Of a DNA stretch of 64,000 nt, positions 61,669 to 64,000 are shown one piece after another; position 1 is the stretch's first letter, and every line of letters starts with the position of its first letter. The DNA is taken from positions 384,001 through 448,000 of the forward strand of contig CAWBHS010000072.1 of assembly GCA_963788655.1 (NCBI GenBank). Reading direction: 5' to 3'. The DNA is from an uncultured Verrucomicrobiae bacterium. Lineage in GTDB: Bacteria; Verrucomicrobiota; Verrucomicrobiia; Limisphaerales; JAFGQR01. The notes below the pieces were generated by a model. The model did no database searches. It was given only the letters and a program-made list of their open reading frames with translations, and was not told the DNA's origin. The position numbers and the translations under genes were made by a program.

Positions 61669-64000
61669 TCATTCCTTCACCAGCGTCTTCCCCGTAAGGT
61701 TTTGGACTTTGATTTGGTAGTCGGGCGGCGCGACGAGGTGATAGATGAATTGGTCACCATTCTTCTTCCACGCGACTTCAATCTTCCCGTCCGGCGTGGG
61801 GATGGAGCCGCGGCACCAGTCGAGTTGCACGTCGGCGAAACGTAGTTCGAGCGATTTGCCAATCGGATCCACGCGGTGCAGGCCGAGAACGTCGCGAAGG
61901 AACACGTGGGCGGCGTGCGAAGCGAACCCATGATTGCAGCTCGCGGTCGGCGTATCATTCTCCCAGAGCGTGCCGGTGCGCTCGACCATGTACAGCCAGT
62001 AACCAATCGCTTCGTCGAGAATCTGCTGGCTGCGCCCGTCGCGCGAAAGCAGTTCGAAGCGAAGTTGGTCGCCGATAAAGGCATTGGCCGGATAAACTTC
62101 GGGAAACGCCTTGGTTTGCTTGCGCTGCGGGCCGAAATCGGTAATCAGCCGATGCCAGAGTTTGGGGTGCGATTGGGGCGTGGCGACGTTAAAGAAGAAG
62201 GCGAAGTATTGGCAGACTTCCGTGTGGTTCGGCGTTACTTGCAATTTGGCCGTCCTTGCGCACAGCGTTGTCCACAAAGAACTCGCCGTCGAACGACTGT
62301 CGGCGAATGGTGTCGCGGACGCGAGCGGCTTTGGCATTGAGATCGGGCAAGCGGTAGAGTCGACCGGCGGCATCGAGCGTTCCCGCGTAAAGCATGCATG
62401 ACGGATAGTTTACATCCTGCACGAACGAGTTGGCTTTGGACCATTCGACAAACACCCAGCTTGGCAGTTTCTCCAACAGGCCGTCCGAGTTTTCGTACTG
62501 CTTCAGGAAATCGAGCAGTTTTAATACGCGTGGGCGCAAGGCTTCGACCAGTTCGCGGTCGCCGCTGCGGGCTGCGTATTCCTCCAGTTGCACCACAAAC
62601 CACATCGCCCAGTTTGGGATGAACACTCCGTCGTTGTGGTCGCTGGGATAACACATGGGGAGCATGCCTTCGGGCAAGTGCGCGAATTTCTCCGGGCGCT
62701 GGAAATTCTCGAAGAAATTCTTTTCGATCAACGTGTCGCCGCAAAGGTCGGCGGCCACGCGCGCGGTGAAGAAGCTGTCGCAAAGCCAGCCGGCCCGTTC
62801 GCGCGACGGGCAGTCCATGAAGATATCCACCGCGTTCTGCCGAAAGGTCTCTCTCGCCGCCTCGAAGATGCGGTTCAACCGTTCGTCGCTCGCCGCGAAA
62901 CTGGCGTGCGTTGCCTCCGGATTCACCAACTCGCGCAGGTAACAGTCGCTCACTTCGCAATCCCCCTCGAGGACGATGAGCTTGAGATAGCGCAGGGTGT
63001 AAGGCTCGAACGTTTCGAACGAATAGCTGCCCGGTTCCAGTTCGTAGAGCACAATGTTGACGCAGCCGAGGCGTTTGAAGTCCACGTCGTGGTTGGAAAG
63101 AATTTCGTCGAACGTCACGAACAGCCGCGTCCGGGTTCGGGCCGTGACTTTCGCGCCGATGAACCCGCTGAGGTTCACTCCGAAATCGAGGATCCGATAC
63201 GAATTGGCTTTGAGCGCAAATGGCATCGTGGCCTTCGCCGGACGGGCTGACACGTTCTTCACCGCCTGCAATTCGATGGAGGGAATGGTAGCAAGTTCCG
63301 CTTCGGGGAACCCGGCCAGTTTCGGGCCAATGGCGGTCAACGAGCGATCCTTCCACAGGTTCTTCGGTAGCGCGCCTTTGACGACTTCGCCCTCGGTGAC
63401 GTGCGCCACCGGTCGCCGCACGTCGAAGGTCGGATATGGGACGCGTCGCGTCGCCAACGGCTTTGCGTCCACGGACGCACAATGCGCCGGTTCGGCGGGC
63501 GGTCCGGGCAGCCGCCAGACTTCGGAGAACGGCCGTTGGAAACTGTAGCGTTGCACTTTCTGCACGCGGTCATGGCGGAGGGCAGCCCGGAAACTGTCCA
63601 CACCGGTTGCGGCGAGCACTTGGCCATTGGCCACGACTTCGGCTTGGAGAAACGACGGCTGGTCAAGCAGGTAGTAACTGTTGGCGTTGTAGCCGGCGAC
63701 TTCCACGACCAGTTCATTGCGGCCGGGATGCAACTTCGGCGCGATGTTTCCCTGGTCCACCCGATAAAACCCATGACCCGCGCGGGCCGGGCCGTGACCG
63801 GCGAACTGGCCGTTAATAAAGATTCGGTAAAGCGTGGCCCCGGCGAGGCGGAGTGTCACCGGCCCGGTCGCCGGTTTGTCAAACGCGGCACGGAACTCAA
63901 CGAGCACATTGCGTTTGGTTTCCTTTCCTGCCGGCCAAACCGGACGCGCCGCTTGAAAGGCAGGCACCACTTCCGCCGCGCGGGAGGTTTCATCCAACGG
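61669..64000 (-). CDS. Alpha-L-rhamnosidase-like GH78 protein, 5' end beyond the window; frameshift ~62245
   Basis: ILDFGVN; FMDCPSRERAGWLCD; FVEWS; GTLWEND..TASCNHGFAS; GSIPTPDGKIEVAW. Confidence 0.85.

Noticed and set aside
40805..62373. Programmed frameshifting or true pseudogenes in the catabolic genes
   Set aside because: No slippery heptamers or accompanying nonsense decay. The indel pattern is window-wide and typical of sequencing error.

Overview
GC-rich bacterial chromosomal DNA. The gene content and intergenic repeats point to Verrucomicrobiota, probably Pedosphaerales/Limisphaerales (inference). About 20 single-base indels, mostly insertions in short homopolymers, split otherwise intact genes and look like long-read consensus errors. 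The left part (1-36 kb) holds very large secreted modular proteins: two lamin-tail/CotH proteins, an S8 protease with Ig domains, an NHL-repeat/Ig protein and a CBM-like protein. They share a short C-terminal domain ending in R-[FY]-[YI]-R and show strong Thr-Asn dipeptide enrichment. This part also contains hflKC, a stand-alone WYL protein, an ECF sigma/anti-sigma pair, a prepilin-type protein, tRNA-Leu(TAG), hemerythrin, a trypsin-TPR protease and two Tat Gfo/Idh/MocA oxidoreductases. The right part (36-64 kb) is a glycan catabolism locus: XylR-type regulator, MFS transporter, GH31, GH16, GH106, GH78, two sulfatases, an FAD oxidoreductase, a TIM-barrel isomerase and a transglutaminase-fold/F5-8 protein. 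It is interrupted by an EcoRV-like restriction-modification pair and contains an apparent self-sufficient MocD-like di-iron oxygenase/Rieske/NqrF-type reductase fusion. Intergenic DNA carries many distinct REP-like palindrome families and one candidate structured RNA. All family assignments come from motif recognition by eye, not from database searches.
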